Assembly (NCBI GenBank): GCA_963750255.1
Contig: CAVVPZ010000009.1
Coordinates: 134,602-198,601, forward strand
Origin: an uncultured Actinomycetes bacterium
GTDB taxonomy: Bacteria; Actinomycetota; Acidimicrobiia; Acidimicrobiales; CADCTF01
Length of the DNA stretch: 64,000 bases
Direction: 5' to 3'
Below are positions 19,632 through 30,860 of this stretch, in pieces. The notes beneath the pieces are model-generated. The model saw nothing but the letters and a program-made list of their open reading frames with translations. It was not told the DNA's origin and made no database searches. A program made the position numbers and the translations under genes. The number at the start of each line of letters is the position of its first letter. Position 1 is the stretch's first letter.

Positions 19632-20228
19632 TCAACGCCGGGGCGCTGCGGAAGATTCCTCGTCAGGCGGATAGGGGAGGGGGAACAGGCGTCGGCCGAG
19701 TCTCCCCAGCACGACGCCCACGGCCATGCCGGCGACGACATCCGAGGCGTGGTGGATCTTGACGTACACCCGGCTCCAGGCGACGACCACGGCGACCACG
19801 TAGTAGAGCGGCCGCAGCCGGTCGCGGTCGGAGAGGAGCGCGGCGGCGGTGAACGCTGACGTTGCGTGCCCGCTGGGGAAGCTCGAGGTGCGGGGCTGGC
19901 GAAGGTGGAGTGGTCGTTCGAGCTCCCACGCCGGACGCTGGCGCCGGAACAGCGACTTGATGCCCAGGTTGACGAGGGCTGACTCGACGCCCATGCCCGC
20001 GCCGAGGCGCACCGCGGCGTGCCACTCGTGCTCGGATCGAAGACCGCGCAGCGCGCCGAGGATCAACCAGATCAGGCCGTGGTCGCCAAGCGCGGACGCG
20101 CCGTAGAACACGCGGTCGGCGACCGGATTGCCTCGGAGGCGGTCGAACTCGACATCGACCCGTCGATCGAAGGCGTCGACGGCGGCGCCGAATTTGGATC
20201 CGCTCGGGAGGCGAAAGACGATGGGCAT
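19632..20228 (-). CDS. PAP2 family phosphatase
   Basis: From ATG 20228. KSLFRRQRP, SFPSGHA and SRVYVKIHHASD are the PAP2 motifs KxxxxxxRP, PSGH and SRxxxxxHxxxD. Confidence 0.8.
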   Translation of the reverse strand: MPIVFRLPSGSKFGAAVDAFDRRVDVEFDRLRGNPVADRVFYGASALGDHGLIWLILGALRGLRSEHEWHAAVRLGAGMGVESALVNLGIKSLFRRQRPAWELERPLHLRQPRTSSFPSGHATSAFTAAALLSDRDRLRPLYYVVAVVVAWSRVYVKIHHASDVVAGMAVGVVLGRLGRRLFPLPYPPDEESSAAPRR

Positions 20229-21052
20229 CAGCCCAGTGTGGCGAGTTGTGCCTGGGGGGTGCGAGCCGGGAGCGCGGAAAGGTCGCCGCCGAAGGCCGGG
20301 CAGTAGGCCTTGAACGAGCAGTAGTCGCACAGCTTCGATGTCTTGGGGCGGAAGTCTTCGGTGGCGCAGGCGAGCTCGACGGCGGACCAGATGGCCTGGG
20401 CGCGGTTGCGCAAGCCCCGGATGGACTGCTCGCTCGGCACGACGCTGATCGACACCGGCTCGGCGAGGTGGAGCAGCTGGACCCGAGCCGGCCGGCGGCC
20501 GAGTACCTGCTCACAGAGGAACGCGTAGAAGTGGACGCCCGCCAATCGTGACTGCTCGAAGGTGACGCCCGGCGAGCGCCCGGTCTTGTAGTCGGTGATG
20601 ACGAGCTCGCCCTCGTCGTCGAGCTCGAGGCGGTCGATGATCCCGCGCAGCAACAGCGAGTCGAGGCGGGCCTCGAGGCGGAGCTCGAGACCGATGTCGC
20701 GGACCTCGTTGGGATCCTCGAGCTCGAAGTAGCTGCGTACCAGGACCTCGGCTTGGTCGTGGAAGAGGCCGGCCTCGTCGTCGCTGAGGCCCAGCCCGGT
20801 GTACTCGGCGTGGGTGGCCAACTCGGCCTTGGCCGTCTCGAGGTGGGCGAGGGCGGCGGTGATCGACCGCGCACCCTGCGGCTCGTGCCAGAACAGCAGT
20901 TGCAGGGCGCGATGGACGAGTGTGCCCCTGGTGGCCGCCGGCGACGGCTCCTCGGGGAGCTTGTCGATGTTGGAGAGCCGAAACGCGAGCGCGCAGTCCT
21001 TGAACGACGAAACCTTCGACGGGCTGAGCGAGGTCGGCAGCGGGAGGCTCAC
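20228..21052 (-). CDS. PD-(D/E)XK nuclease, RecB/Cas4-like with a 4-Cys cluster
   Basis: From GTG 21052. KDCALAFRL, GIIDRLE, ITDYKTG and C-terminal CDYCSFKAYC form the Cas4/AddB-type nuclease and Fe-S Cys pattern. Confidence 0.8.
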   Translation of the reverse strand: MSLPLPTSLSPSKVSSFKDCALAFRLSNIDKLPEEPSPAATRGTLVHRALQLLFWHEPQGARSITAALAHLETAKAELATHAEYTGLGLSDDEAGLFHDQAEVLVRSYFELEDPNEVRDIGLELRLEARLDSLLLRGIIDRLELDDEGELVITDYKTGRSPGVTFEQSRLAGVHFYAFLCEQVLGRRPARVQLLHLAEPVSISVVPSEQSIRGLRNRAQAIWSAVELACATEDFRPKTSKLCDYCSFKAYCPAFGGDLSALPARTPQAQLATLG

Positions 21053-21220
21053 GTTCCCCAAGGTACGCCCCGGGTGTGACGAGCCGGTGGGTCCTCCTGC
21101 CCGCCCTCGTTGCTGTGGCCGATCCGGTCGTCCCAACCCGTTGCAGTGGCCGAAACGGCGGCCGCAACAGCCACAACAACGGTCTGGAACGACCGGGAGG
21201 GCCACTCAAATGACGATCGG

Positions 21221-21884
21221 TCAGAGGGCGCGGGTGGCGGCGACGATCCCGCCGGCGGCGGCGACCAGCAGGGTGGCGGTGCGGGCCGCGTGTTCCGGTA
21301 CCCGCCGGCTGGCCGCCAGCCCGGCGCCGAGGCCGACGAGGAGTGCGATTGCGAGGCGGAACCAACTGCGGTCGAACGAGGGCAGGCCCAAACTGGCCAG
21401 CGCGACGATGTTCGAGGCAAGGAAGATGACCTGGAGCGTGGGACGGGCTCGTTCGGGTGGCCAGCGGGCGTTGACCGAATAGAGGGCGAGGGCGGGGCCG
21501 CCGATGCTTCCGATCACGTTCATCGCCGCGCTCACGACGCCGGCGGTGACGCCGGCCCACGGCGCCGTGCCGCGAGCCCAGTGCAGCCCCGTCAGGAGGG
21601 CGGCGGCCGAGACCACGGTGAGCACCCCGGCTGCCACCGTGAGCACCCGTCCGTCGACTTGGCGGCTGGCCCACGCCAGCAGGGGCGTCGCGGCGACCGC
21701 GGGCACGAACAGGAGCGACCCTTCGCGCACGAGGACCGACCGGTGCGTGCGAACCAGGAGAGCGACGTTGAGCACCGTCGACAGGACCAGCGCGGTGCGC
21801 ACCCCCTCGCGGGGCCCCAGCGTGGCGATGAGGATCGGCGCGGCAGACAAGCGAGAACCCGAGACCCGTCACTCCCTGGGCCAC
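21221..21884 (-). pseudogene. TauE/SafE family sulfite-exporter-like membrane protein, one frameshift near the N-terminus (about 21845)
   Basis: VAQGVTGLGFSLV (frame of 21884) should continue SAAPILIATLGPREG (frame of 21850). The span is 664 nt, not a multiple of 3. Hydrophobic throughout. Confidence 0.7.
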
Positions 21885-21913
21885 GGCCCCAAGAGCAACG
21901 GCGAGGGCGGCGA

Positions 21914-22774
21914 TCAGGGTACGAGGCCGGCGAACGCCGACTCGATCGAGGCGGCGATGGCCTCGGGGTCTTCCAAGGGACCGAAGTGGCCGAGGTCAGG
22001 GAACGGTTCGGCGCGACCATCGGGCAACACCTCGGCAAGTCGAGCCATGAGGTCGGGACCAAAGGGCGTGTCGGTGCGGCCGCCGGCAGCGAGCACGACG
22101 GGACAGGTGATCTCGGACAAGCGGTCGCCGGCGTGGTGCTGCACGGCCATCTCGTAGGTCGCGGCCTCGATGTCGCGGCGGCACTTGAGTCGGACGGTGC
22201 CGTCGTCGAGGTCATCGAAACCGTGGTCGACGTAGGCCCGAAGCGACTCGGGGTCGAGGATGGAGAACGGCGGTTTGCCGGCGTAGTTGGCGTAGGCCGC
22301 GTCGCGGGAGTCGAACACCTCGCGGCGGCGCCGAGCGCCCTCGGCGAGCGGGTTGGCGTGCGACGGAAAGGCGCCCGATCCGGACGGCACCGACGGCGGC
22401 AGGATGGGCTCGAAGCACCAGATGGCGCGGAACGTGCCCGGTCGAGCCAACTCGGCGAGGAGGAGTGCGGCGCCGCCGGCCGAATGGCCCACGCCGAATG
22501 GCCGATCGAGACCGGCGGCGTCGACGACGGCGAGCGCATCGACGGCGAAACCGTGCCAACTCTGGCCGCCCTCGCTCGGCGGCGTGTCGCCGTGGCCCCG
22601 CTCGTCGAAGAGCACACTGGCGAAGGCGGGGAGCCGACGGGCCACGGGACGCCAGACGTGACCGTGAAAGCCCGTGGCGTGGGCAAAGAGAATCGCCGGT
22701 CGCTGGTTCTCGAGTTCGACCCCACCGAGTTCGGTGTACGCGACCGGGACCCCGTCCGGCGTCGTGGCCCGCAT
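21914..22774 (-). CDS. alpha/beta hydrolase
   Basis: From ATG 22774: ILFAHATGFHGHVW and the nucleophile elbow GVGHSAGG. TGATG overlap with the upstream gene. Confidence 0.85.
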   Translation of the reverse strand: MRATTPDGVPVAYTELGGVELENQRPAILFAHATGFHGHVWRPVARRLPAFASVLFDERGHGDTPPSEGGQSWHGFAVDALAVVDAAGLDRPFGVGHSAGGAALLLAELARPGTFRAIWCFEPILPPSVPSGSGAFPSHANPLAEGARRRREVFDSRDAAYANYAGKPPFSILDPESLRAYVDHGFDDLDDGTVRLKCRRDIEAATYEMAVQHHAGDRLSEITCPVVLAAGGRTDTPFGPDLMARLAEVLPDGRAEPFPDLGHFGPLEDPEAIAASIESAFAGLVP

Positions 22775-24357
22775 CACGATCGCCGCCCTACGCGCAACCG
22801 AGCCCGCAGTGCACCGGCGATGGCGGCCCGGGCTGCGTTCGACCCGGGCGCGCCGTGGACGCCGCCGCCCGGATGGGCCGAGGCCGAACCGAGGTACAAG
22901 CCCCCGATCGGTGTCTCGGGACGGCCGAGGCCGGGGACGGGGCGGAACACGAGTTGTTGATGGAGTTGGGCCGTGCCTCCACCGATGGCCCCGCCCACGA
23001 GGTTGGCGTCGGCCGCCTCGAGATCGGGGGGCGTGAACACGTGCCGGCCCCGAATGAGGGCCCGGAACCCGGGCGCCTTGTTCTCGATCTCTTGTTCCAT
23101 GCGTTGCACGAACTCCTCGGTCTCGGCCGCATCCCACGACCCGGTCAGGTTGCCACCGGCGTCCCCCGTGATCCGGAGCGGCACGTGGGTGTAGGCCCAC
23201 GCGGTCTCCTTGCCCTCCGGCTGGCGGGTCGGGTCGGTCATCGACTGTTGACCCACGAGCAGGAACGGGCGATCCGGCAACATCCCCATCGCGTAGTGGC
23301 TGGTGACGGCGGTGAGGTGGTCGAGGCTGTCGACGAGGTGCACGGTGCCGGCACGTCGAGCGGCCTCGCCGGACCAGGGGATGGGGCCGTCGAGGGTCCA
23401 GTCGACCTTGACCGTCCCAAGATCCCAATGGAACTTGCCGAGGTCCCTCACCATCGACGCCGGCAGGTGGCCCTCGCCGACGAGGTCGAGGAACAGGCTC
23501 GGTGCAGCCACGTCGGCGATCACGGCCTTCGACGCGTCGATCATCGTCCCGTCGGCCGTCTCGACGGCGACAGCTCGGCCCCCTCGAACCACGATTCCGG
23601 TGATGGGCGTGGACACCTGCACGACCCCGCCGCGCGCCTCGAGCCGCGCCACGAAGGCCTCGGTGAGCCGGCCCGCTCCGCCTTGGGGAACGGGGAAGCC
23701 CACGTCTTGCCCGAGGGCCATCAGGAACCAACCGAAGAAGCCGCCGATGGCCGTCTCCGGGGAGAAGTCGGCGTGGAGGGCGTTGCCGGCCATGAGCCGA
23801 CGGGCGGCGTCACCCCCGAACTCTTCCTCGGCCATCCGGCGTACCGGCAGGGTGGCAAAGCGGGCGAACCGCAAGAGTTCCGAGGGCCGGAGGGCGCCGA
23901 CCAGCTTGAGGCCGGCCCGCACCGGGGGAAAGGGCGTGAACAGGGCGCCGGTGATGCCGGGCCGTAGTCGTTCGTAGAGCGAGTAGAGCCGCCGCCACGC
24001 GTCGCCATCGCCGGGGTGGCCGAGGTTGAGTCCCTCGACCGTGGCCTCGAGGTCGGTCGAGACGAACGGGCAGGTGTCGTCGTCGCCAGGGTGGGCGACC
24101 ACGAGCGGGGCGCGCTTCCACCGAAGTCCGAAGTCCTCGAGACCGAGGTCGCGGATCACCGGAGACGCTGCCGCCAACGGATAGAACGCGCTGAACTCGT
24201 CGGTGACGAAGCCGGGCTCGATCAGTTCGCTCGACTTCACCGCACCGCCCGGTCGGTCCTGGGCTTCGCACACGACCACCGACCAGCCGCGGTCGGCCAG
24301 GAGGTTGGCCGCCACCATGCCGTTGGGGCCGGAACCGATGACGACGGCGTCGGGCAC
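22774..24357 (-). CDS. phytoene desaturase (CrtI)-family NAD(P)/FAD-dependent oxidoreductase
   Basis: N-terminal VVIGSGPNGMVAANLLADRGWSVVVCE (Rossmann) and C-terminal GLYLGSASAHPGGGVHGAPGSNAA. Confidence 0.85.
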   Translation of the reverse strand: MPDAVVIGSGPNGMVAANLLADRGWSVVVCEAQDRPGGAVKSSELIEPGFVTDEFSAFYPLAAASPVIRDLGLEDFGLRWKRAPLVVAHPGDDDTCPFVSTDLEATVEGLNLGHPGDGDAWRRLYSLYERLRPGITGALFTPFPPVRAGLKLVGALRPSELLRFARFATLPVRRMAEEEFGGDAARRLMAGNALHADFSPETAIGGFFGWFLMALGQDVGFPVPQGGAGRLTEAFVARLEARGGVVQVSTPITGIVVRGGRAVAVETADGTMIDASKAVIADVAAPSLFLDLVGEGHLPASMVRDLGKFHWDLGTVKVDWTLDGPIPWSGEAARRAGTVHLVDSLDHLTAVTSHYAMGMLPDRPFLLVGQQSMTDPTRQPEGKETAWAYTHVPLRITGDAGGNLTGSWDAAETEEFVQRMEQEIENKAPGFRALIRGRHVFTPPDLEAADANLVGGAIGGGTAQLHQQLVFRPVPGLGRPETPIGGLYLGSASAHPGGGVHGAPGSNAARAAIAGALRARLRVGRRS

Positions 24358-24402
24358 GGGCCGAGACTAGGCCAGGGCCTGCGTGGGTAACGTCGACCAG
24401 AC

Positions 24403-26271
24403 ATGCGCGAAGACCCGGCCACGACCCCGGCGGGATCGCCTCACCAACCGGACGCCTGGGGCATCGACCCCGGCTACGAGGACATCGCCCAGCAGTGGCA
24501 CGACGCACCGCCAGCCACGCTGCGGGCCATCCGCACGGCCATGGGAGCCGAGGGGGCCGAGCCGCCGGCACCGCCGGCGTTGTGGATCGTGCGCCAAGGA
24601 GAGCCGCTCGAGATCGCCGGGCGGTGGGATCTCCACACCGAGGACGGGGCCACGGAGTCAGTGGCCGGCTCCCTGCCAGAGATCCCTCTCGGCTACCACG
24701 ATCTGTACCGCGAGAGCGACGGGCGCGGCGTGAAGTTGATCGTGACCCCGGGCCGATGCCACCTTCCCGAAGGTCTGCGGACGTGGGGTTGGGCTGTTCA
24801 GCTTTACGCCCTCCGCTCGGCCGAATCGTGGGGGATGGGGGATCTCTGCGACCTCCGGCGGTTGGGCGCATGGTCGGCGAGTCGAGGAGCGGGCCTGCTT
24901 CTCGTCAACCCCCTCCACGCGTCGATTCCCGTGCCCGGCTTCCAACAGGCGAGTCCGTACTATCCGAGTAGTCGGTGCTTCCGGAGTCCCCTGTATCTGC
25001 GCGTCGAGGACGTGCCCGGCGCCGAGCGGTTGGGCGCCGATCTGGACACCGCCGCCAACGCCGGACGAGCCCTCAATTCCTCGCCCTCCATCGACCGTGA
25101 CGTCGTCCTCGCGCTCAAGCTCGACGCCCTTCGACGCATCTTCGCCGGGTTCGACGGAGACGCCGACTTCGCCCGGTTCGTGGCCGACGGCGGTCAGACC
25201 CTTCACCACTTCGCGCTGCACTGTGCTCTGGCCGAGGAGCACGGTGGTGACTGGCGACGGTGGCCGGCCGACCTGCGCCACCCGACCACGTTCGAGTCGC
25301 GACAATTCGGTGCCGATCATCCCGACCGCGTGGGTTTCCACACGTGGCTGCAATGGCTCGTCGACCGCCAACTGGCGGCAGCCGGCACCGAGATCGACCT
25401 GATGCAAGACCTCGCCATCGGGGTCGACCCCGGTGGTGCCGACGCCTGGATCTGGCAGGACGTGCTGGCGCCCGACATGTCGGTCGGCGCCCCGCCCGAC
25501 GAGTACAACACCCAGGGCCAGGACTGGGGGCTGCCGCCGTTCGACCCGTGGAAGCTTCGGGCCGCGGCGTACGAGCCCTTCATCGAGACCGTCAGGGCGG
25601 GCTTTCGCCATGCGGGCGGACTGCGCTTCGACCACGTGATGGGTCTCTTCCGCCTCTTTTGGGTGCCGGCCGGGACGTCGCCGCAGGTAGGTACCTACGT
25701 GCGCTATCCGCATGCCGACCTGCTCGACATCCTTGCTCTCGAGAGCGAGCGCGCCGGCGCGTATGTCGTGGGCGAAGACCTCGGCACCGTCGAACCGGCC
25801 ACCCGCACCGAGCTGGCCGATCGCGGGATCCTGTCGTACCGGCTCCTCTGGTTCGAGGACGGCCGCCCGGCGACGTTCCCGGTCCAGGCGCTGGCCGCCG
25901 TCACGACCCACGACCTGCCGACGGTGGCCGGGCTCTGGACTGGAGCCGACCTTGCCGCCCAACGCTTGCTCGACATGGCACCCAACGAGGCGTCGACGGA
26001 GGAGTTGCTCGTCCGACTTCGCACCTGGACCGGTCTTGACGCCGACGCCGCCGTCGACGACGTGATTTCCAAGGTGCACGAGTTGCTGGCGGCCGCACCG
26101 TCGATGTTGTTGACCGCCACCCTCGACGACGCCGTCGCCGCAGGGGACCGCCCGAATTATCCAGGCACCACGGTGGCGTCGAACTGGTCGGTAGCGCTTC
26201 CCAAGACGCTCGAAGAACTGCTCGAGGATCCGTTAGTCGCCACCTTGGCTCGAACGCTTTCGGATCGCTGA
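24403..26271 (+). CDS. malQ: 4-alpha-glucanotransferase (amylomaltase, GH77)
   Basis: WGWAVQLYALRS..SWGMGDL, LVNPLHA, DLAIGV, FRLDHVMGLFRLFW and VGEDLGTV are GH77 catalytic motifs. Confidence 0.9.
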   Translation: MREDPATTPAGSPHQPDAWGIDPGYEDIAQQWHDAPPATLRAIRTAMGAEGAEPPAPPALWIVRQGEPLEIAGRWDLHTEDGATESVAGSLPEIPLGYHDLYRESDGRGVKLIVTPGRCHLPEGLRTWGWAVQLYALRSAESWGMGDLCDLRRLGAWSASRGAGLLLVNPLHASIPVPGFQQASPYYPSSRCFRSPLYLRVEDVPGAERLGADLDTAANAGRALNSSPSIDRDVVLALKLDALRRIFAGFDGDADFARFVADGGQTLHHFALHCALAEEHGGDWRRWPADLRHPTTFESRQFGADHPDRVGFHTWLQWLVDRQLAAAGTEIDLMQDLAIGVDPGGADAWIWQDVLAPDMSVGAPPDEYNTQGQDWGLPPFDPWKLRAAAYEPFIETVRAGFRHAGGLRFDHVMGLFRLFWVPAGTSPQVGTYVRYPHADLLDILALESERAGAYVVGEDLGTVEPATRTELADRGILSYRLLWFEDGRPATFPVQALAAVTTHDLPTVAGLWTGADLAAQRLLDMAPNEASTEELLVRLRTWTGLDADAAVDDVISKVHELLAAAPSMLLTATLDDAVAAGDRPNYPGTTVASNWSVALPKTLEELLEDPLVATLARTLSDR

Positions 26272-26299
26272 ACGAATCGACGCCGCTAGAAAGGAACCT

Positions 26300-27371
26300 A
26301 TGGCGCTCGACGACCTCCCCGTGCGGCCCCCGGTGTCGCCGATGCTGGCGAAGGCGGCCAAAGAGCTCCCGGTTGGCGACAACTTCGCGTACGAGCCCAA
26401 GTGGGACGGGTTTCGTTGCATTGCCTTCCGGTCGGGCGATGAGGTGTTCCTCGGCAGTCGCAACGAGCGGCCGTTGGGCCGGTATTTTCCCGAGTTGCTC
26501 GATCCGCTCCGCGAGCAGTTGCCCGACCGGGTCGTGCTCGACGGGGAGATCGTGATCGCCACGCCTTCGGGCCTCGACTTCGATGCACTCCAACTGCGGA
26601 TGCACCCCGCCGAATCCCGGGTGAAAAAGCTGGCGGCTGAGATCCCGGCCTCGTTCGTCGCCTTCGATCTGCTGGCCCTCGGCGACGTCGATGCTCGGCC
26701 GCTCCCGCTCGAGGACCGGTGGCGTTCGCTGACCGACGGTGATGGCCGGCGCAAGACCACCTCTCTACTTGACGCCGTCGACGCGCGATCCGGAGGTCGC
26801 CCGCGACTGGTTCGAGCGGTTCGAGGGTGCGGGTCTCGACGGCGTGGTGGCGAAGAAGCTCGACACGCCCTACCGCGAGAACGAGCGAGTTCACATCAAG
26901 TTGAAACACGATCGGACGGCCGACTGCGTGGTCGCCGGGTTCCGCTGGCACAAGAGCGGCGGAGTCATCGGGTCGCTGCTGCTCGGGCTCTTCGACGACG
27001 CCGGCACTCTCCATCACGTCGGCGTCATCGGAGCGTTTCCGATGGCGGCGCGGCGCTCCCTCGTCGACGAACTGGCCCCGTTGCGCGACAACGCGCTCGA
27101 CGGTCACCCGTGGCGCGACTGGGCCGAGGCGGCAGCGGGCCAGCGACGGCCAGGAGCTGCGAGCCGCTGGAACGCGAAGAAGGACCTGTCGTGGGAGCCG
27201 CTGCGCTGTGAGCGGGTCGTTGAGGTGGCCTACGACCAGTTGCAGGGCGACCGGTTCCGCCACGCCGGGCAATTCCGCCGGTGGCGGCCCGACCGCGACC
27301 CGTTGGACTGTCGCTACGACCAACTCGAGGCGCCCGTGCCCGAGGTACTTGCCGAAGTGTTCGGCGCGTGA
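26300..27371 (+). pseudogene. ATP-dependent DNA ligase (LigC-like size), one frameshift (about 26737)
   Basis: YEPKWDGFRC (adenylation KxDG), LDGEIV and FVAFDLL are followed in another frame by LDGVVAKKLDTPY, VKLKHDRTADCVV and DRFRHAGQFRRWRPDRDP. Confidence 0.85.
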
Positions 27372-27378
27372 CGCAGTC

Positions 27379-28852
27379 ATGACGACAGAGCGCCGCACCA
27401 AGATCGTCGCCACCATCGGACCGGCTACCGACTCACCGCTCGCCCTCGACGCGCTCATCGCCGCCGGCATGGACATGGCACGGCGTCTCGCTCTCGCCAC
27501 GGACCGCGTCGAGGAGACCCTCGACCGGATCGCTCGGGTCCGTCAAGCGGCTCGGCGGGCCCGCCGCTTCATCGGGGTGCTGGCCGATCTCCCCGGCCCC
27601 AAGATCCGCGCCGCCGAGTTCCCCGAGGAGGGCGTCCGTCTCTACGAGGGCGCGGCCGTCGACCTCGTGCCGGCCCGCTCGGACGAGCGATCGCAGCACC
27701 GTCGAACGGATCGCCGTCGACCACCCGACCCTCCTCGACGACCTCGAGGCCGGCGACAGTGTCGCCCTCGGTGACGGGGCGTCCTCCTCGTCGTCGAGTC
27801 GGTCGACGGCCGACGGCGCGACCGCGCGTCGTCTGCTCCGGCGGCCGGGTCGCAAGGGCGGCCCGGCGTGAACCTGCCGCCCGAGCGATTCAGCATCGAT
27901 CCGGCCCACCGGCCGAGGACCTGCGGATGCTCGAGACCGTGGCCGACGTCGGCGTCGACGCCGTGGCGGTCTCGTTCGTCCGCGACCACCATCGACGTGC
28001 GGACGGTCAAGCGAGCCGGCGGGCCCGACGGGCCGATGGTCGATCGCCAAGATCGAGACGCAGTCGAAGCGGTCGACGACATCGAGCGAGATCATCGCCG
28101 AGTCCGACGGCGTGATGGTCGCCCGCGGCGACCTCGGGGTCCGCTGCGCCCTCGAGGACGTGCCGCACTACCAGAAGCGCATCATCCGGGTCGGTGTCGC
28201 CTACGGGCGGCCGGTCATCACCGCCACCCAGATGCTCGAGTCGATGATCCAAGCGCCGACGCCCGACCCGGGCCGAGGTGACCGACGTCGCCAACGCCGT
28301 GTTCGACGGCACCAGCGCGCTGATGCTGTCGGCCGAGACCGCCATCGGGCACGACCCGGTCGAGCGTCGTGGCCACGATGGCCGACATCGCGGTGCGGGC
28401 CGAGCGCGACTTCGACTACGCAGGCTGGGGCAGCCGCCTGGGCCGGCTGCAGGCGTCGCAGCGACGCAGGACGCTGGCGTCGCACGACCGCATCACCGCC
28501 GCGATCTCGGCGGCGGCGTGGCGGGCCGCGGCGGAGCCGACGTCGGCGGCGATCATCGCCTGCACGAACAGCGGGGCGACGGCGCGGGCCATCTCCCGGT
28601 TCCGCCCGACGGCGCCGATCATCGCCGCCACGCCGTCGGCGACGACGGCCCGGCAGTTGTCGGTGGCGTGGGGGATCCGCCCGATGCTCGTCGACCCGCA
28701 GGGCTCGACCGACGACATCGTCTGGTTCGCGGTGAAGGCGGCCGTCGAGCGCGGGCTGGTCGATGCCGGCGAACGTGGTGGCCGTGCTCGTCGGCTCGCC
28801 GGTCGAACCCAACGGGACGACCGACACCCTGCGCCTGGTGCGCATCTCCTGA
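27379..28852 (+). pseudogene. pyk: pyruvate kinase, many frameshifts as assembled
   Basis: Fragments are spread over all three + frames: TKIVATIGPAT, DLPGPKIR, PGVNLP, GVDAVAVSFVR, VMVARGDLGV...YQKRII...[50 protein letters not shown], and the end [25 protein letters not shown]-stop at 28850-28852. Confidence 0.85.
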
Positions 28853-28878
28853 CCCCGCCGGCGCCGAACCCTTCCATC

Positions 28879-29262
28879 ATGGACGCGGATCGGTGGACGA
28901 GGCGGGGCCGGCTCGGGCTCGGGGCCCTGCTCGTGGTCGCGGGCGTCCTCCACTTCGTTGTGCCGTCGACCTTCGTGCGCATCATCCCCGCCGCATTCCC
29001 CGCGGGCTGGGATCGTCCGCTCGTCTTCGCCAGCGGCGCGGCCGAGCTGGCCGGCGGGGCCGGCCTGCTCGCTCCCTGGCCCGGCCTCCGCCGCTGGGCC
29101 GGTTGGTTCGTCGCCGCCTTGTTGGTGGCCGTGTTTCCGGCCAACATTCAGATGGCGATTGACACACCGAACGCCGTCAGCCTGCTGCGGCTGCCGCTGC
29201 AAGCGCCACTGATCTGGGCCGCGATCCGGGTGGCTAGACCCGCTCGGTCGCCTCGGTCTTGA
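28879..29262 (+). CDS. DoxX-like small membrane protein
   Basis: From ATG 28879: [18 protein letters not shown]...[14 protein letters not shown]...[17 protein letters not shown]. The 3' end is uncertain. Confidence 0.55.
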   Translation: MDADRWTRRGRLGLGALLVVAGVLHFVVPSTFVRIIPAAFPAGWDRPLVFASGAAELAGGAGLLAPWPGLRRWAGWFVAALLVAVFPANIQMAIDTPNAVSLLRLPLQAPLIWAAIRVARPARSPRS

Positions 29263-30860
29263 GCCGCTTGTAGTCGACCTTGCCGTTGGGTGCCCGGCCG
29301 ATCGTGTCGAGACGGCCAGCACTCGCTTGGGCGCCTTGTAGGCGGCCAAGCGGCTCTTCACGTGAGCGATCGACGTCGGCCTCGTCGATCTCGACGCCCG
29401 GGCACGAGCTCGACCATCGCGGTGATCGCCTCGCCGAACTTGTCGTCGGGCACGCCGACGGCGACGGCGTCGCGGACGTCGGGGTGGGTCTTGAGGGCCT
29501 CCTCGACCTCCTCGGGGAAGACCTTCTCGCCGCCGGTGTTGATGCACGACCGAGCCGCGGCCGAGCAGCGTCGAGCGTGCCGTCGGCCTCGACGGTGGCG
29601 AAGTCGCCGGGCACCGAGTAGCGCTCGCCGTCGATGACCTGGAACGTGCGTCGCCGACTTCTCCGGGTCCTTGTAGTAGCCGATCGGGCGTGCGGCCCTT
29701 GACGGCCACGATGCCCGACCTCGCCCGAGCCCGGCTCGACGTCGCGGCCGTCGTCGGTGATCACGCGGGCGTTGCTCGCCGAGCTTGAACTTCGCCGTGT
29801 TCGACGCTGCCGCCGGCGGACGACACCGAGCTGCCCATGCCGAGCGCCTCGGACGACGAGAACTGGTCGACGCAGGATCATGCCGCTGTGGTGCTTGAGC
29901 AGGCCCTGCTTGGTCTCCTCGCTCCACATCACGCCCGAGGAGATGATGGCGACGAGGCTCGACAGGTCCCATCGACCGGGATCGGCCTCGAGGGCGCGCA
30001 GCATCGGTTTGGCGAACGCGTCGCCGACGATGGCGAGGATGCTGACGCCGTGTCGCTCGACCTCGTCGAGCAGCTCCTCGGGGTCGAAGGCGCGGTTGGA
30101 GAGGGTGACGATGCAGCCCGCGCTGCCGAGCGACGAGAACGAGGTGAACGCGCCGGTGCCGTGCATGAGCGGGCACGCCGGCATCGTCTCGGGGCCGGGC
30201 GCCTTGATCGACTCGCGCACGAGGTCGAGGTCGGGGTTGGACGGATCGAGCCGCACGCCGAGGCTGGTCGCATTGAGGGTGCAGGAACAGGTCGTCCTGG
30301 CGCCACATCACGCCCTTCGGCATGCCGGTCGTGCCGCCCGTGTAGAGCATGTAGAGGTCGTCGCCGCTGCGGCCCCACGGCGCCTCGACCCGCTCGGCGT
30401 GCGAGTTCGCCGACGTCCTCGTACGGAGTCGCCCAGTCGGGGCAGGGGCCCGAGTCGTCGTCGACCCACAGCCATCCCTTGACGTTGGGCAGCTTGTCGC
30501 GGAGCGTCTCGATCGCGCTCGGCGAACGCGCCGTGGAAGACGACGGCGATGGCGTCGGCGTTGTCCCACAGGTAGAGCAGCTCGTCGTCGGCGTAGCGGT
30601 AGTTGGTGTTGACCGGGACGAGCCCGACCTTGAACATCCGCGAACATCGACTCGAGGTACTCGGGGCAGTTGTAGAGGTAGTGGGCCACCTTGTCCTGAT
30701 GGACGGCGCCGAGCGCCGAGCAGGCCAGTTGGCGATGCCGTTGGCCCGGGTGTCGAACTCGCCCCAGGTCACCGTCCGATCGCCCTGGATCTGGCAGGGC
30801 GCGTCGGGCAGATTCGTCTGCGGCGATCTCCCAGACGTCGGCGAAGTTCCATCCGGCCAT
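29234..30860 (-). pseudogene. AMP-dependent acyl-CoA synthetase/ligase, many frameshifts as assembled
   Basis: Fragments lie in three minus frames: [115 protein letters not shown]. Confidence 0.8.

Noticed and set aside
27379-28852. Genuine loss of pyruvate kinase as a metabolic adaptation
   Set aside because: Every inter-shift segment retains near-consensus PK motifs with no premature in-segment stops. Sequence error is more parsimonious, pending read-level verification.
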